A stretch of DNA of 64,000 bases from Candidatus Gottesmanbacteria bacterium (GTDB lineage Bacteria > Patescibacteriota > Microgenomatia > UBA10105 > UBA927), in assembly GCA_023245355.1 (NCBI GenBank), contig JAHFKN010000002.1, positions 8,460 to 72,459 of the forward strand. The letters run 5' to 3'. The position numbers were made by a program, and so were the translations under genes. Shown one piece after another: positions 28,782 to 38,843 of this stretch (its first letter is position 1; every line of letters begins with the position of its first letter). The notes below the pieces were generated by a model, which was not told the origin of the DNA, did not search any database, and saw only the letters and a program-made list of their open reading frames with translations.

Positions 28782-29759
28782 TTATTGAGGAATCAGCACG
28801 GTTCCGAATGCATTCATAAAATCCTTTACCATGCGTGTGGTAGCGTTTCCGTTCGGATGAACACCGTCAACGGCATATTCCTTTCCATAATCCACAACAA
28901 TCGCGGAAGAACTCGCGGTTTTTCCGTCTGTCTGATAGTCACGGACAGCCATCTGATAATTTATTTCGAAGAGCTCGGCATGATGTGCCGTAACGTATTG
29001 TTTCATCTCCTGATAAATACGTTTTGACAATGCATCTTTTGCATTACTTTTCTGACTCATGACCTCCCCTACCCGACGCACCAGCAAACGGAGCCTTGGT
29101 TCATCGTAGGTTTCAAAACGTTCAGGCGGATGCATGAGCACCAGCTGATTATTGACGAGAGAAAAAACAGGTTTCGTTCCGGTAAGTTTACTGCAGGGGA
29201 AAAACGCACGCCTATCCCGGTTCACATTCCGGTAATCCTGATCTTCGTGAATATCCACGATGACATAGCGGGGGTTATATTTGGGTATAAGCTGCTGCAG
29301 GCGCAGGTATACCTGATCTAGTCCGTATCCCTGTACCGCAAAATTCAGCACGTTATACGTGTCGTGCAGCTGTACGGCAAGTTTATGCCCGAATGTTTCG
29401 TCAAAATCCAACCCATGACCGAACAAAAACGAATCTCCCACAATCAGGATAAAGGGCTTTTTATAATCGGGTTCATCAGCGACTGATTGCGCCCGGTATC
29501 CTTCTTTGCTGAATGTGTACGTTTTATTATCCCAATGATTCACGGAGCGCGAGGGTGCATAACTCCACCCAAGCTGCGGATCATATCTGCCGATCTGATA
29601 TTCGGCAACCTCATCCATTTTCCTGCAGCCGATATACGGATAATTGAGTAGCCGCAGCAGTACTTCAAATGTCCCCACGGAGCAAAGAAAAATCACAAAT
29701 CCTAACAAGAAGCGTTTTACGGGCATATTTTTGAAGCTGCGGTTGCTTTTTTCCAGCAT
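28782..29759 (-). CDS. SGNH/GDSL hydrolase-like membrane-anchored protein
   Basis: GDSFLFG, NFAVQGYG and DGVHPN; start uncertain. Confidence 0.78.
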   Translation of the reverse strand: MLEKSNRSFKNMPVKRFLLGFVIFLCSVGTFEVLLRLLNYPYIGCRKMDEVAEYQIGRYDPQLGWSYAPSRSVNHWDNKTYTFSKEGYRAQSVADEPDYKKPFILIVGDSFLFGHGLDFDETFGHKLAVQLHDTYNVLNFAVQGYGLDQVYLRLQQLIPKYNPRYVIVDIHEDQDYRNVNRDRRAFFPCSKLTGTKPVFSLVNNQLVLMHPPERFETYDEPRLRLLVRRVGEVMSQKSNAKDALSKRIYQEMKQYVTAHHAELFEINYQMAVRDYQTDGKTASSSAIVVDYGKEYAVDGVHPNGNATTRMVKDFMNAFGTVLIPQ

Positions 29760-29778
29760 ATCATAGATATATAAAACC

Positions 29779-30024
29779 ATGTGGTACGTTTACGTCCTTC
29801 TTTGTTCCGATTTATCGCTGTATACGGGCAGTACAAACAATATCGAAAAGCGTTTTCACAATCATCTACACGGCAAAGGCGGTGCGTATACCCGTTCGCA
29901 TACACCGGTAAAAATTCTCCATACCGAATCTGTTGCAACCAAATCAGAGGCACTCAAACGCGAAGCCTATATCAAACGTCTGACGCGGAAAATGAAAATA
30001 CGGGAGCTGAACCTCTCACTGTAA
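29779..30024 (+). CDS. GIY-YIG nuclease (UPF0213/YhbQ-like)
   Basis: YVYVLLCSD.SLYTGST, RF..H..GKG..YTR and ALKRE. Confidence 0.9.
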   Translation: MWYVYVLLCSDLSLYTGSTNNIEKRFHNHLHGKGGAYTRSHTPVKILHTESVATKSEALKREAYIKRLTRKMKIRELNLSL

Positions 30025-30025
30025 A

Positions 30026-30056
30026 AAAATCACCCCGGGGAAACCGGGGTGATTTT
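30026..30056. terminator. Bidirectional intrinsic terminator
   Basis: AAAATCACCCCGG-ggaaa-CCGGGGTGATTTT between convergent genes. Confidence 0.88.
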
Positions 30057-30080
30057 GCTTTTTGAATTCAAAAAATCCTC

Positions 30081-30515
30081 TTACCAATCTCTTCCTCCGC
30101 GGTCATCTCCGCCGCCTCGTCTGTCGTAGCCGCCACGACCTCCGCGGTCATCGCGCCTACCACCTCCAAATCCACCTCTTCCTCCGCCTCCCCGATTACC
30201 ACCGCCGTATCCACCGCCTCCGCCACCCCTATATCCACCGCCACTTCCACCGCGATTTTCACGGGGAGCCATAGGTTTGGCTTCGTTGACGACGATTGAA
30301 CGACCATCGAGTTGCGTTCCGTTCAAATCCTGGATAGCTTTCGCTGCGTCATCGGGATTGCTCATTTCAACAAATCCGAATCCGCGGGATTTACCGGTAA
30401 ACTTATCGGTAATCACCTGAGCACTCGCGACAGGACCTACCTGCGCAAAATGATTCTTAAGCGTATCTTCTGTCGTATCCCAGGAAAGTCCCCCAACAAA
30501 TAATTTAGCTGCCAT
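30081..30515 (-). CDS. RRM RNA-binding protein with Gly/Arg-rich tail
   Basis: RNP2 LFVGGL, RNP1 RGFGFVEM and RGG repeats; GGAGGTGA SD. Confidence 0.95.
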   Translation of the reverse strand: MAAKLFVGGLSWDTTEDTLKNHFAQVGPVASAQVITDKFTGKSRGFGFVEMSNPDDAAKAIQDLNGTQLDGRSIVVNEAKPMAPRENRGGSGGGYRGGGGGGYGGGNRGGGGRGGFGGGRRDDRGGRGGYDRRGGGDDRGGRDW

Positions 30516-30678
30516 TTCTTAAATTCACCTCCCACCTAACACCAATCTATCACGTACCTATTCAACACAAGGGGAACAGTATACGAACAGAATGGCTGAA
30601 TAGCTCTATTGTATCACGTAAACACCATATTGTGCGGGTTGCCTTATCGGTTCAATTTGATAAAATGTGAAAACAGTT

Positions 30679-30750
30679 GCCAGCGTAGCTCAGTGGCAGA
30701 GCAGTGCCTTCATAAGGCATGTGTCGCAGGTCCGAATCCCGCCGCTGGCA
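30679..30750 (+). tRNA. tRNA(CAT), probably elongator Met
   Basis: GCCAGCG/CGCTGGC acceptor, GCTC/GAGC D-stem, GTGCC-TTCATAA-GGCAT; no encoded CCA; Ile2 not fully excluded. Confidence 0.88.
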
Positions 30751-30767
30751 CAAAATAAAAATCCCCG

Positions 30768-31115
30768 CTAATAGAAGAGCCGTACCCATTTTTTCCAATT
30801 CGGTCCCGCCTCATCACTCCCGCTTTTTTGGGCCTTAGGCTCACGGTCAGGCAATATGACCATCATTTCCCCTTCCCGCACCATACCAAGCTTATCCCGT
30901 GCCACCCGCTCAACATAGTCCTCTCCTTTGATATCCGTGAGTGAATCCTGAAGTCGTTTATTCGTCTCCTGTAACCCGGTAAGCTCCCGCTCGCGCTCAC
31001 GTACAACCCCCTTGCGCGCCCAAAGGTTTATGATAGTGCCCCCCGCACTTACGCACAAAACGAGGCTGACTCCCCAGATAATAATCGTGCGTAATTGAAG
31101 CTGATTTTTGGTCAT
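30768..31115 (-). CDS. Septum formation initiator (FtsB/DivIC family)
   Basis: TM helix, coiled coil and YVERVARDKLGMVREGE. Confidence 0.85.
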   Translation of the reverse strand: MTKNQLQLRTIIIWGVSLVLCVSAGGTIINLWARKGVVRERERELTGLQETNKRLQDSLTDIKGEDYVERVARDKLGMVREGEMMVILPDREPKAQKSGSDEAGPNWKKWVRLFY

Positions 31116-31223
31116 ACTGTTGCGCTTAGGTCTAGTATATGATATTATAGGCTTTAAGAAAAACAGGCTATATCACGTTCCTCAATTCCCTGCTCCAATT
31201 GAAGCGAATGTAGCCCTACACAC

Positions 31224-32084
31224 ATGACGCTCGATCTTAAAACTGCCCACAGACAATTTGTAGAACACCTCGAAAGCAGGCGGCGTGCCCACGCCACTAT
31301 CGTAGCATACAGCAAAGATATCGAGCAGCTTGTCGCATTCCTGACAAACGCCGGAAAAAAGGACATTCTTACCGTTTCACGCGAAGAACTCGAAGCATTT
31401 TTGAAAAAACTTGCAGCCGACAGCTACACACCTAAATCCATTTCCCGAAAAATCAATTCCATGAAGACATTTTACCGGTTTCTCAAAACCACGGGAGTTA
31501 TGACTATTGATCCCGCAAGCGATATTGAACACCCCAAATATGACGTCAAACCCCCGAGAATTTTATCAAAACTCGAATACCGCGCGCTTCGGGACGCATG
31601 CCGCGGAGATGTGCGGACACACGCGATCGTTGAATTATTCCTGCAGACGGGTCTTCGGATCGGTGAACTTGCCAATCTGAGCCTGAATGACATGCATGAA
31701 ACGGAGCTTCATGTTGCCGCCCAGGAAGGGCACATCGAGCGCATGGTGCCGCTTAACCGGGCCGGACGCGAAGCACTGGACGCATGGCTAAAAGTGCGGG
31801 CAGCGGGAGCCAAATCACCGGCGCTGTTTATCACGAAAACCGGCCGTCCGTTACTGATCCGCAACATACGGACTGCTATTGACCGGTATTTCAAGGTCGC
31901 AGGAATAGAGGATGCCAAAGTAAACGATTTACGGCACACATTTATCGCCCACCATCTCATGTCCGGCACACCGATTACCACCATAAGTAAACTGGTCGGC
32001 CACAAGCGGCTTTCTACCACGGAAAAATATCTCGAATTTATCAAGGATAAACCCGTCGACCACGTTAAGCTGGAAGAGCTCTGA
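31224..32084 (+). CDS. XerC/D-like tyrosine recombinase
   Basis: SAM-like N-domain, TGLRIGE, NDLRHTF and LVGH...TTEKY. Confidence 0.88.
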   Translation: MTLDLKTAHRQFVEHLESRRRAHATIVAYSKDIEQLVAFLTNAGKKDILTVSREELEAFLKKLAADSYTPKSISRKINSMKTFYRFLKTTGVMTIDPASDIEHPKYDVKPPRILSKLEYRALRDACRGDVRTHAIVELFLQTGLRIGELANLSLNDMHETELHVAAQEGHIERMVPLNRAGREALDAWLKVRAAGAKSPALFITKTGRPLLIRNIRTAIDRYFKVAGIEDAKVNDLRHTFIAHHLMSGTPITTISKLVGHKRLSTTEKYLEFIKDKPVDHVKLEEL

Positions 32085-32181
32085 TTCTTGCCGGCACGCT
32101 CCCGTAAGACAAACGATTTCCCCCGTTATGATTCCCCGCGATCGCTTGCCGTGGCGCTCCCTACTACGCTACAATTGCCCT

Positions 32182-34359
32182 ATGGATAAGAACTTCGTCC
32201 CAAAAACCGTTGAAGAAACCGTGTATAAGACATGGGAGTCAGGCGGATATTTTACCCCGGTAATAGACCCAGGTAAAAAGCCGTTCTCCGTGCTGCTCCC
32301 TCCTCCGAATGCCAATGCGGATCTGCATGTGGGGCACGCAATGTATGTCATCGAAGACATTATGATCCGTTTCCACCGTATGAAAGGTGACCCGACACTT
32401 TGGCTTCCGGGAGCTGATCATGCGGGATTTGAGACACAGTATGTCTATGAAAAACATCTCGCCAAACAAGGGAAAAGCCGGTTTGATTTTGACCGCGAAA
32501 CACTCTATCGGGATATCTGGAATTTCGTTCATGAAAACCGCGGAAAAATGGAAAACCAACTGCGGAGACTGGGGTTCTCGCTCGACTGGAGCCGCAATAT
32601 TTTTACGCTTAATCCCAACGTTATTAAAACGGTGTATGCCTCATTCAAACAACTCTCAGACGAAGGATTGGTATACCGTGATTCCCGATTAGTAAACTAC
32701 TGCACGAAGGACGGCACCGGATTTTCAGATCTTGAAGTGCTGTATGTAGAGCGGAACGATCCGATGTATTACATGAAATACGGGCCGTTTACTATCGCGA
32801 CGGCGCGGCCGGAAACCAAGTTCCGGGACACCGCATTGGCCGTGAATCCCAAGGATAAACGGTACAAAAAATATATCGGGCAGACCCTTCAGATTATGGG
32901 ATTATTAGGTCCCGTTTCCATGACCGTCATTCCGGATGCTGAGGTAGATCCTGAATTCGGAACGGGTATTATGAAAGTAACACCCGCTCATGATCCGCAT
33001 GATTTCGAACTCGGAAAGAAATTTAACCTTCCGGTCACTCCGATTATAGATTTCCGCGGAAAAATGGACTTTTCCTGGTTTTTAAACCAGCCCGATATTG
33101 ATCCGAAATACCGTGAACGCGCGGAAAAATACCACGGCAAAAAAGTCGCAGTCGTACGCCCGCTTATGGTAGAAGATCTCAAAGCAGACGGCCTGCTTGT
33201 AAAAATTGACGAGGCATATTCACACCGCGTCGGGACCTGCTGGAAATGCGGTACAGTGATCGAACCGCTCCCGCTTGAACAGTGGTACGTAAAGGTCGAG
33301 CCGTTGGCCAAAAAAGCTATCGAGGCCATCAAAAAGAAAAAGGTCACGTTTGTGCCGAAGCGTTTTGAAAAAACAGCAAAACAATGGCTTACCAATTTCC
33401 ATGATTGGAACATCAGCCGCCAGAATGTCTGGGGTATCCGTATTCCGGCATGGAAATGCACTGCGTGCGCATCCTGGACGATCACAGACGGTTCTGTGCC
33501 CTCTTCCTGTTATTCCTGCGGGTCGGACGCAATAATACAAGACACGGACACGTTTGATACCTGGTTTTCTTCCGGACAATGGCCGTTTGCCACACTGAAG
33601 GCAACAAAGCAGGGTGACTTTGATTACTTCTATCCGACATCCGTCATGGAAACCGGATATGACATTCTCCCCTGGTGGGTTTGCCGCATGCTCATGCTGG
33701 GCATTCATTTGACCGGCAAAGTACCGTTTGAGACGGTATATCTCCATGGTCTCGTCCGTGACGGAAAAGGCCAGAAGATGAGCAAATCTAAAGGCAACGT
33801 CATTAATCCGCTGGAAATGATCGACAAATACGGAGCCGATGCACTCAGGATGGCACTCGTGTTCGGCACGGGCGCGGGGAATGACCAGTCACTGGCTGAA
33901 GATAAAATCCGCGGCATGAGGAACTTTTCGAATAAACTTTGGAATATCGCCCGGTTTTTATCTTTGTATCTTGATAAATTCGGAATTTCTGAGTTTAATC
34001 AGCTTCCGCCCTACGCAGGAAACCGAAGAAAACATGACGACCAAATGACATCGGCGGTAACTGAACTTACCAAAAAAGTTACGAAGCATATGGAGAAATA
34101 TCAGTTCTCAGACGCGGCAAATGCAATTTACGAATTTGCATGGCATACCTTTGCAGATCAATATATCGAACAAAGCAAGCCGCTTCTTGAAGCCGGAGAC
34201 AAACAGACACTCGCCACCCTTATTAATGTCTTCTATGCCATACTTACACTTCTCCACCCGTTCATGCCGTTTATTACGGAAGAAATCTGGAGCAAGCTTC
34301 CGAAAGCATCAGAGGATCCTCTTATTATTTCCTCCTGGCCGGGCAGTAAACAGAGCTAG
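32182..34359 (+). CDS. valS: Valine--tRNA ligase (short form lacking the C-terminal coiled coil)
   Basis: PPPN...HVGH, DWNISRQ, DTWFSS and KMSKS; start at MDKNF behind TACAAT. Confidence 0.95.
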   Translation: MDKNFVPKTVEETVYKTWESGGYFTPVIDPGKKPFSVLLPPPNANADLHVGHAMYVIEDIMIRFHRMKGDPTLWLPGADHAGFETQYVYEKHLAKQGKSRFDFDRETLYRDIWNFVHENRGKMENQLRRLGFSLDWSRNIFTLNPNVIKTVYASFKQLSDEGLVYRDSRLVNYCTKDGTGFSDLEVLYVERNDPMYYMKYGPFTIATARPETKFRDTALAVNPKDKRYKKYIGQTLQIMGLLGPVSMTVIPDAEVDPEFGTGIMKVTPAHDPHDFELGKKFNLPVTPIIDFRGKMDFSWFLNQPDIDPKYRERAEKYHGKKVAVVRPLMVEDLKADGLLVKIDEAYSHRVGTCWKCGTVIEPLPLEQWYVKVEPLAKKAIEAIKKKKVTFVPKRFEKTAKQWLTNFHDWNISRQNVWGIRIPAWKCTACASWTITDGSVPSSCYSCGSDAIIQDTDTFDTWFSSGQWPFATLKATKQGDFDYFYPTSVMETGYDILPWWVCRMLMLGIHLTGKVPFETVYLHGLVRDGKGQKMSKSKGNVINPLEMIDKYGADALRMALVFGTGAGNDQSLAEDKIRGMRNFSNKLWNIARFLSLYLDKFGISEFNQLPPYAGNRRKHDDQMTSAVTELTKKVTKHMEKYQFSDAANAIYEFAWHTFADQYIEQSKPLLEAGDKQTLATLINVFYAILTLLHPFMPFITEEIWSKLPKASEDPLIISSWPGSKQS

Positions 34360-35375
34360 CTTCCGGATGTGGTAGCAACGGGCGTAGAGGTCGGAATGCC
34401 GATGGTCGGCTGTGCAGCCGGAGTGCCGGTTGATGCGCCTTTAGCAGTAAATGATTTGATAACCTCATCAAAAAGCGCGTCATCTTTTACAAAATCAGAC
34501 GTGATCCCTGCGGGTGCGAAATGGTTAAATTCTATCGCAAGTGTTTCTGAAACCGGCATAAGTATGCCGCGCATCGCCGTAAATGTGTACCCTCCTCCGG
34601 TTCTTCCGTTAAAATTCCCCGTATATTCATAGGCATACGCGCCGCCGAATACCCCCTGTTTCATGGTAAATTCACGCCCTGCCGCATCAGTAAGAATCGC
34701 TCCCCTGAAATCAGGCAACAACTGACCTTTTCCGCGGGCGGCCACGGTAAACCGGGTACCTCCCGGCAAATTGGTTCCCTGCGATGCACAACTCTGACTG
34801 TCGCAAGTAGGCGCCTTTACCCCGGTTGGTAATTTATACGACAACCCGGGTATCGGTTTTTTCGTCGCTCCGCTTATGACATCATATGTTTGCCAGTCGG
34901 ATACCGGTGCTATTGCGGATGAACTGGATTCAGGAGCAGAAGCGGGGCTGATATTTGCCGAGGGCGCTAACGTCGGCACAACCAATTCGTCGCTGACCGA
35001 AGAAGTGAAAAATGACCGCAACTGACTGCTCAACCACACACCAAGACCGAATAAGAGAATAATAAATAAAGCCGTGCCAATCCGGTTGCTCCCTGATTTT
35101 TTGAGTACCTGAGGGGGTAAAACAGTGACGCCGGGAGAATGTTCCGCCGTTGCCTCCGGCGGGCCCTGGAATACACGTGCAGCCTCCGATACCACCTCAT
35201 CGCGCGCCTCATCATCTGTCTTTGGTACATCCCCGTTTTCCCTCGCTACCTCGCCTGACGCGGGATCAATGATGGGTGTCTCCTCAATCGGAAGCGGCGA
35301 TTTATCTGCGTCTGTTTTCAGCGGTTCATCCGGCATACTACTTTGTATTGTTTCATTGTTGATGACGTGTTTCAA
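34356..35375 (-). CDS. Hypothetical single-pass membrane protein
   Basis: Acidic disordered N-terminus, one TM helix, Pro/Ser/Thr linker and external domain. Confidence 0.65.
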   Translation of the reverse strand: MKHVINNETIQSSMPDEPLKTDADKSPLPIEETPIIDPASGEVARENGDVPKTDDEARDEVVSEAARVFQGPPEATAEHSPGVTVLPPQVLKKSGSNRIGTALFIILLFGLGVWLSSQLRSFFTSSVSDELVVPTLAPSANISPASAPESSSSAIAPVSDWQTYDVISGATKKPIPGLSYKLPTGVKAPTCDSQSCASQGTNLPGGTRFTVAARGKGQLLPDFRGAILTDAAGREFTMKQGVFGGAYAYEYTGNFNGRTGGGYTFTAMRGILMPVSETLAIEFNHFAPAGITSDFVKDDALFDEVIKSFTAKGASTGTPAAQPTIGIPTSTPVATTSGS

Positions 35376-35420
35376 GATATCTGTATACGTACGCGCAAAA
35401 AAATAGCGCTGTTACAGCAT

Positions 35421-36620
35421 CTATTTCCTGACAAACAGGATGGCGTTGGGAATATTTCTTCCGGGTCCGACTTTGTACCCGCCGCTCCACAATGCCGTCG
35501 ACCCTCCGTTATCCAGATTTAATGCATTATCAAACCCTAAAGCCTTTAACACATGGGCTACCTCAGCGACAGTCGCGCTGTGAACGACGCCGATATACGC
35601 AATCGTCCCTTTGTTTCCGACAAAGCTTCTGTTTCCGCGGCTCCCCCTTTTCGGATCATCATCTCCGCCGAATACGATATTGCCGCCCGACAAAAGAAGC
35701 GGCTGCATTGCCAAAACGCTATCAGGACTCGTGTCCCTACCCCAATCAAGTGATCGTCCCACAAACCGCATGGATCCGGAAAGAAATATGACGGCGGGCA
35801 CCGTACTGTACACGTTATTATCTGAGTTGAAATACACTTTATTTTTATTCATAAGCAGCGTATCAAAAGAATTTTTTTTGTCCGCACAGCTCGGGTAATC
35901 CGCGGGACAGAAATATGACGCATTAATACCGGCAAACGCGCCGCTCCTGGAAACGTAGTCAGCAAGCGGCAACGCCGGACAGTCTTTTGTACACGTACTG
36001 TCAGAGGCGGTATCTACAATAATCCGGGTGCTTCCCATGTCAGCCGCCACGATATCGACTAAATATGTTCCGGTATCTGCTTTAACCGACTGCCTGCTGA
36101 AGCCCCCGGAGGGAGGCGCATTATTTTCCGGCACATTAGCCGGAATGACAAAACTTGCCGCAATCTTTTCCCTGAGAGCAAGAATATCTTTGGTAATTCC
36201 TGTCAGCTGGGCTGAAGCCGTCGACCATTGCCGTTTTGATAACAGCGACAAACTTCCGGCTAACTGCTCGTCTAATTTCCCGGTATCCTTTGTCAGGGCG
36301 CGGAGATCAATGAGTTCCTCATACGTTTTTACTGCCTGATCATAGGTGCGCTGTATATCGGAAATCTCACGGGAGAGCGTTTCATTTTTCACAAACTGAT
36401 CTTCACTGCGGATAATCTGCAGCTCATGCTCTAAACGGGTAATTTCTACTTCCGCCTGAGATTTCTCAGCCTGCAGTATCTTATTCTGACCCTGAAAAAC
36501 GGCGGTGGAAAAAAGGGCAAGACCGATGACCATAAGCACCGTCACTAGGATGAACAGGGGTATCTTGGGAATTCTGAGATGGGTGGGTGGTTTTACCCAT
36601 TGGGGCAAATGAACGCTCAT
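35421..36620 (-). CDS. Phosphodiester glycosidase (NAGPA-like) family protein with coiled coil
   Basis: AGINASYF, RSFVG, ALNLDNGGST and RNIPNAI. Confidence 0.82.
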   Translation of the reverse strand: MSVHLPQWVKPPTHLRIPKIPLFILVTVLMVIGLALFSTAVFQGQNKILQAEKSQAEVEITRLEHELQIIRSEDQFVKNETLSREISDIQRTYDQAVKTYEELIDLRALTKDTGKLDEQLAGSLSLLSKRQWSTASAQLTGITKDILALREKIAASFVIPANVPENNAPPSGGFSRQSVKADTGTYLVDIVAADMGSTRIIVDTASDSTCTKDCPALPLADYVSRSGAFAGINASYFCPADYPSCADKKNSFDTLLMNKNKVYFNSDNNVYSTVPAVIFLSGSMRFVGRSLDWGRDTSPDSVLAMQPLLLSGGNIVFGGDDDPKRGSRGNRSFVGNKGTIAYIGVVHSATVAEVAHVLKALGFDNALNLDNGGSTALWSGGYKVGPGRNIPNAILFVRK

Positions 36621-36641
36621 GCATCCAGTATACAGAATGCA

Positions 36642-37205
36642 TCAGCCTCTTTCCAAATACGTGGCGGTCTCCGGATCAATGCCGATAGTGTCGCCTTCTT
36701 TAATAAATAACGGCACGGTGATAACCGCACCTGTTTCAACAACGACTGTTTTCGTGGCTCCCGTTGCAGTGTTCCCTTTTGCCCCATCGTCCGCTTCCGT
36801 TACCTTAAGCCATACTTTTTTGGGGAAACGGACTCCTACGGCATCTTCCCCGTATACCAACACCTGATAGGTATCATTCGGTTTTAAGTATTTGATAAAT
36901 CCCTCAAGCAAACTTTCGGAAATGTTGTATTGTTCGTAATTAAAATTATCCATAAACACATACGCTTCGCCTTCTTTGTATAAGTATTGCATCTCTCTGG
37001 TTTCAATCGGAAGCTCCTCCACAGACTCTCCGGATTTGTAGGTAAATTCTATAACTTTCCCGGATTTAAGACTCTTGAGTTTTGCCCGGACGAACGCACT
37101 CCCCTTCCCGGGATTCACGAACTGAAAGTCCGCTATCTGGTTCGGCTCTCCGCGGAACTCGATAAAGTTCCCTTTTTTGAAATTTGCAGTTGTAATAGTC
37201 GCCAT
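36642..37205 (-). CDS. efp: Elongation factor P
   Basis: NPGKGSAF loop, MQYLY, KGNTA and VPLFI. Confidence 0.97.
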   Translation of the reverse strand: MATITTANFKKGNFIEFRGEPNQIADFQFVNPGKGSAFVRAKLKSLKSGKVIEFTYKSGESVEELPIETREMQYLYKEGEAYVFMDNFNYEQYNISESLLEGFIKYLKPNDTYQVLVYGEDAVGVRFPKKVWLKVTEADDGAKGNTATGATKTVVVETGAVITVPLFIKEGDTIGIDPETATYLERG

Positions 37206-37271
37206 ACGGTAAAATAAAAACCCCTCTGTGCGGGAGTTCTATTATCCCACGGGCACGGGTAAATGGCAAGA

Positions 37272-37730
37272 TTAGAGGGTAAATTTTATGACCTTCCTCG
37301 CATACGCACCGCCGCGCCTCTCATAAAAACGGTGTGCATCCGTAAGCGGCAAACTGGACGTTAACTCAATCGTGCAAATGCCCTGCTTTTTCGCGTATGT
37401 TTTAATAAACTCCAGAAGCTGAGAGCCGATTCCCATTTTTCGGAACGCTTTATCCACGACGAAATCATCGATGTGAGCAAACGGTTTGCCGGTGATGAAA
37501 TCCGTGAGGATAAAAAAGGTTGCTACTCCGAGAATATCCGCTTGTTCCTCCGCGACAAATACTCTCCTATCATCGCGCTTCATCGCTTCATCGTAATTAC
37601 GCTTTCCGAGTTCGTGGGCGCGGACATTATCGGGATCAAAGTGAACGCGTTCATTTACCACTTCCCCCAGCTGATTTAAAAGCCGCAGCACTTGTGTGCG
37701 GTCAGAAGGTTTCGCAAGCCGGATGATCAT
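37272..37730 (-). CDS. GNAT family N-acetyltransferase
   Basis: VVDKAFRKMGIGSQL and AHRFYERRG; ATGA overlap with the epmA stop. Confidence 0.88.
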   Translation of the reverse strand: MIIRLAKPSDRTQVLRLLNQLGEVVNERVHFDPDNVRAHELGKRNYDEAMKRDDRRVFVAEEQADILGVATFFILTDFITGKPFAHIDDFVVDKAFRKMGIGSQLLEFIKTYAKKQGICTIELTSSLPLTDAHRFYERRGGAYARKVIKFTL

Positions 37731-38791
37731 AAAGAGAACAATTCTTCTCCCGGAAACAGCAACGTCTCTTGTATTGTCTTCGCGTTCGCAAATAACATGA
37801 TAAGGCGGTCCACACCTACTGCAATACCGCTGCACTCAGGCAACCCTACTTTGAGGGCATCGATAAAATCATGATCATAGTCATACATCGTCTTTCCGAG
37901 CCGGGCAATTTCTTTGAGTTCATTTTCGAATCTCCCCTGTTGCTCTTCCCAATCAGTCAATTCACTGTAACAATCCCCGAGCTCCAACCCCTCAATATAG
38001 AACTCAAAGCGTTCTGCAAACCGGGGATCTGATTGTTTTTTCCGTGCGAGCGCCCCCATGACCCCCGGAAACTCATATAGCACCGTCGGCTTACCGCGTC
38101 CCAGGTGCGGCTCTACTTCATTTAAAAATATCTGGTTGTACAACTCTTCCCAGGTTGTTTGCTTTTCTACCGTATATCCTTTTTTTTCTGCGATATTGCG
38201 GGCTTTTTTCATATCAAAAAACTCATCGAAGTTCACCCCTGCCCACTTCGCAAATGCTTCGGCCACGGTCATCCGCTCCCACGGAGCCGCAAGATGTATG
38301 TCTTTCCCCTGGTATACAAGCACTTTCGGCTGAAGTTCTTCCGACTGCTCATCTATACGCTGCAGATAGGTATTAATAAACAGGAATAATTCTTCACAGT
38401 CCTTCATAATTTCATGGTAATCGACACCTACCCTATACCACTCCAGAATCGTAAATTCCGGATTATGCAATGAACTTTGTGTCTCCATATTGCGGAAACT
38501 TTTAGTAAGAGCAAAACAGTTTCCCATGCCCGCCACCATGAGTTTTTTGAGCGGCACTTCCGGTGAGGTGGATAAATATGCTTCCCTGGGTTTCCTGTTA
38601 CGGTCAAACAGCGTTGTTTCAAATACATCAAGATAGCTTTCTGCGGGCGGGTGTGCAATCAGGATCGGCGTTTCTACTTCATGAAACTGTCTGTCTTCAA
38701 AAAATAGCCGTATCGCGCGCAGCACCTTCTCACGGACAAAATACCGCTGCCAAAGCCGGGGATTTTTTTTGAGTAGTCGCCACGTGGTCAT
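37727..38791 (-). CDS. epmA: EF-P lysyl ligase EpmA (GenX/PoxA)
   Basis: LysRS catalytic domain only: TSPE..LKKL, FRN.E...HNPEFTILEWY and GIAVGVDRL; near efp. Confidence 0.9.
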   Translation of the reverse strand: MTTWRLLKKNPRLWQRYFVREKVLRAIRLFFEDRQFHEVETPILIAHPPAESYLDVFETTLFDRNRKPREAYLSTSPEVPLKKLMVAGMGNCFALTKSFRNMETQSSLHNPEFTILEWYRVGVDYHEIMKDCEELFLFINTYLQRIDEQSEELQPKVLVYQGKDIHLAAPWERMTVAEAFAKWAGVNFDEFFDMKKARNIAEKKGYTVEKQTTWEELYNQIFLNEVEPHLGRGKPTVLYEFPGVMGALARKKQSDPRFAERFEFYIEGLELGDCYSELTDWEEQQGRFENELKEIARLGKTMYDYDHDFIDALKVGLPECSGIAVGVDRLIMLFANAKTIQETLLFPGEELFSL

Positions 38792-38843
38792 AGATATATG
38801 GTCCAAAACGTACACACACAAGCGATACTCCGGGCCACCACCT

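Noticed and set aside
29779-30024. Homing endonuclease or intron
   Set aside because: It is an 81-aa stand-alone UPF0213-type GIY-YIG protein with no interrupted host gene.
30081-30260. Tandem repeat or CRISPR-like array (ccgcc/ccacc runs)
   Set aside because: These are Gly/Arg codons of the RRM protein tail; there is no repeat-spacer structure.
27172-32084. Integrative element bounded by tRNAs and the tyrosine recombinase
   Set aside because: No duplicated tRNA 3' end was seen, and the interval holds core genes (RRM protein, second tRNA, FtsB-like).
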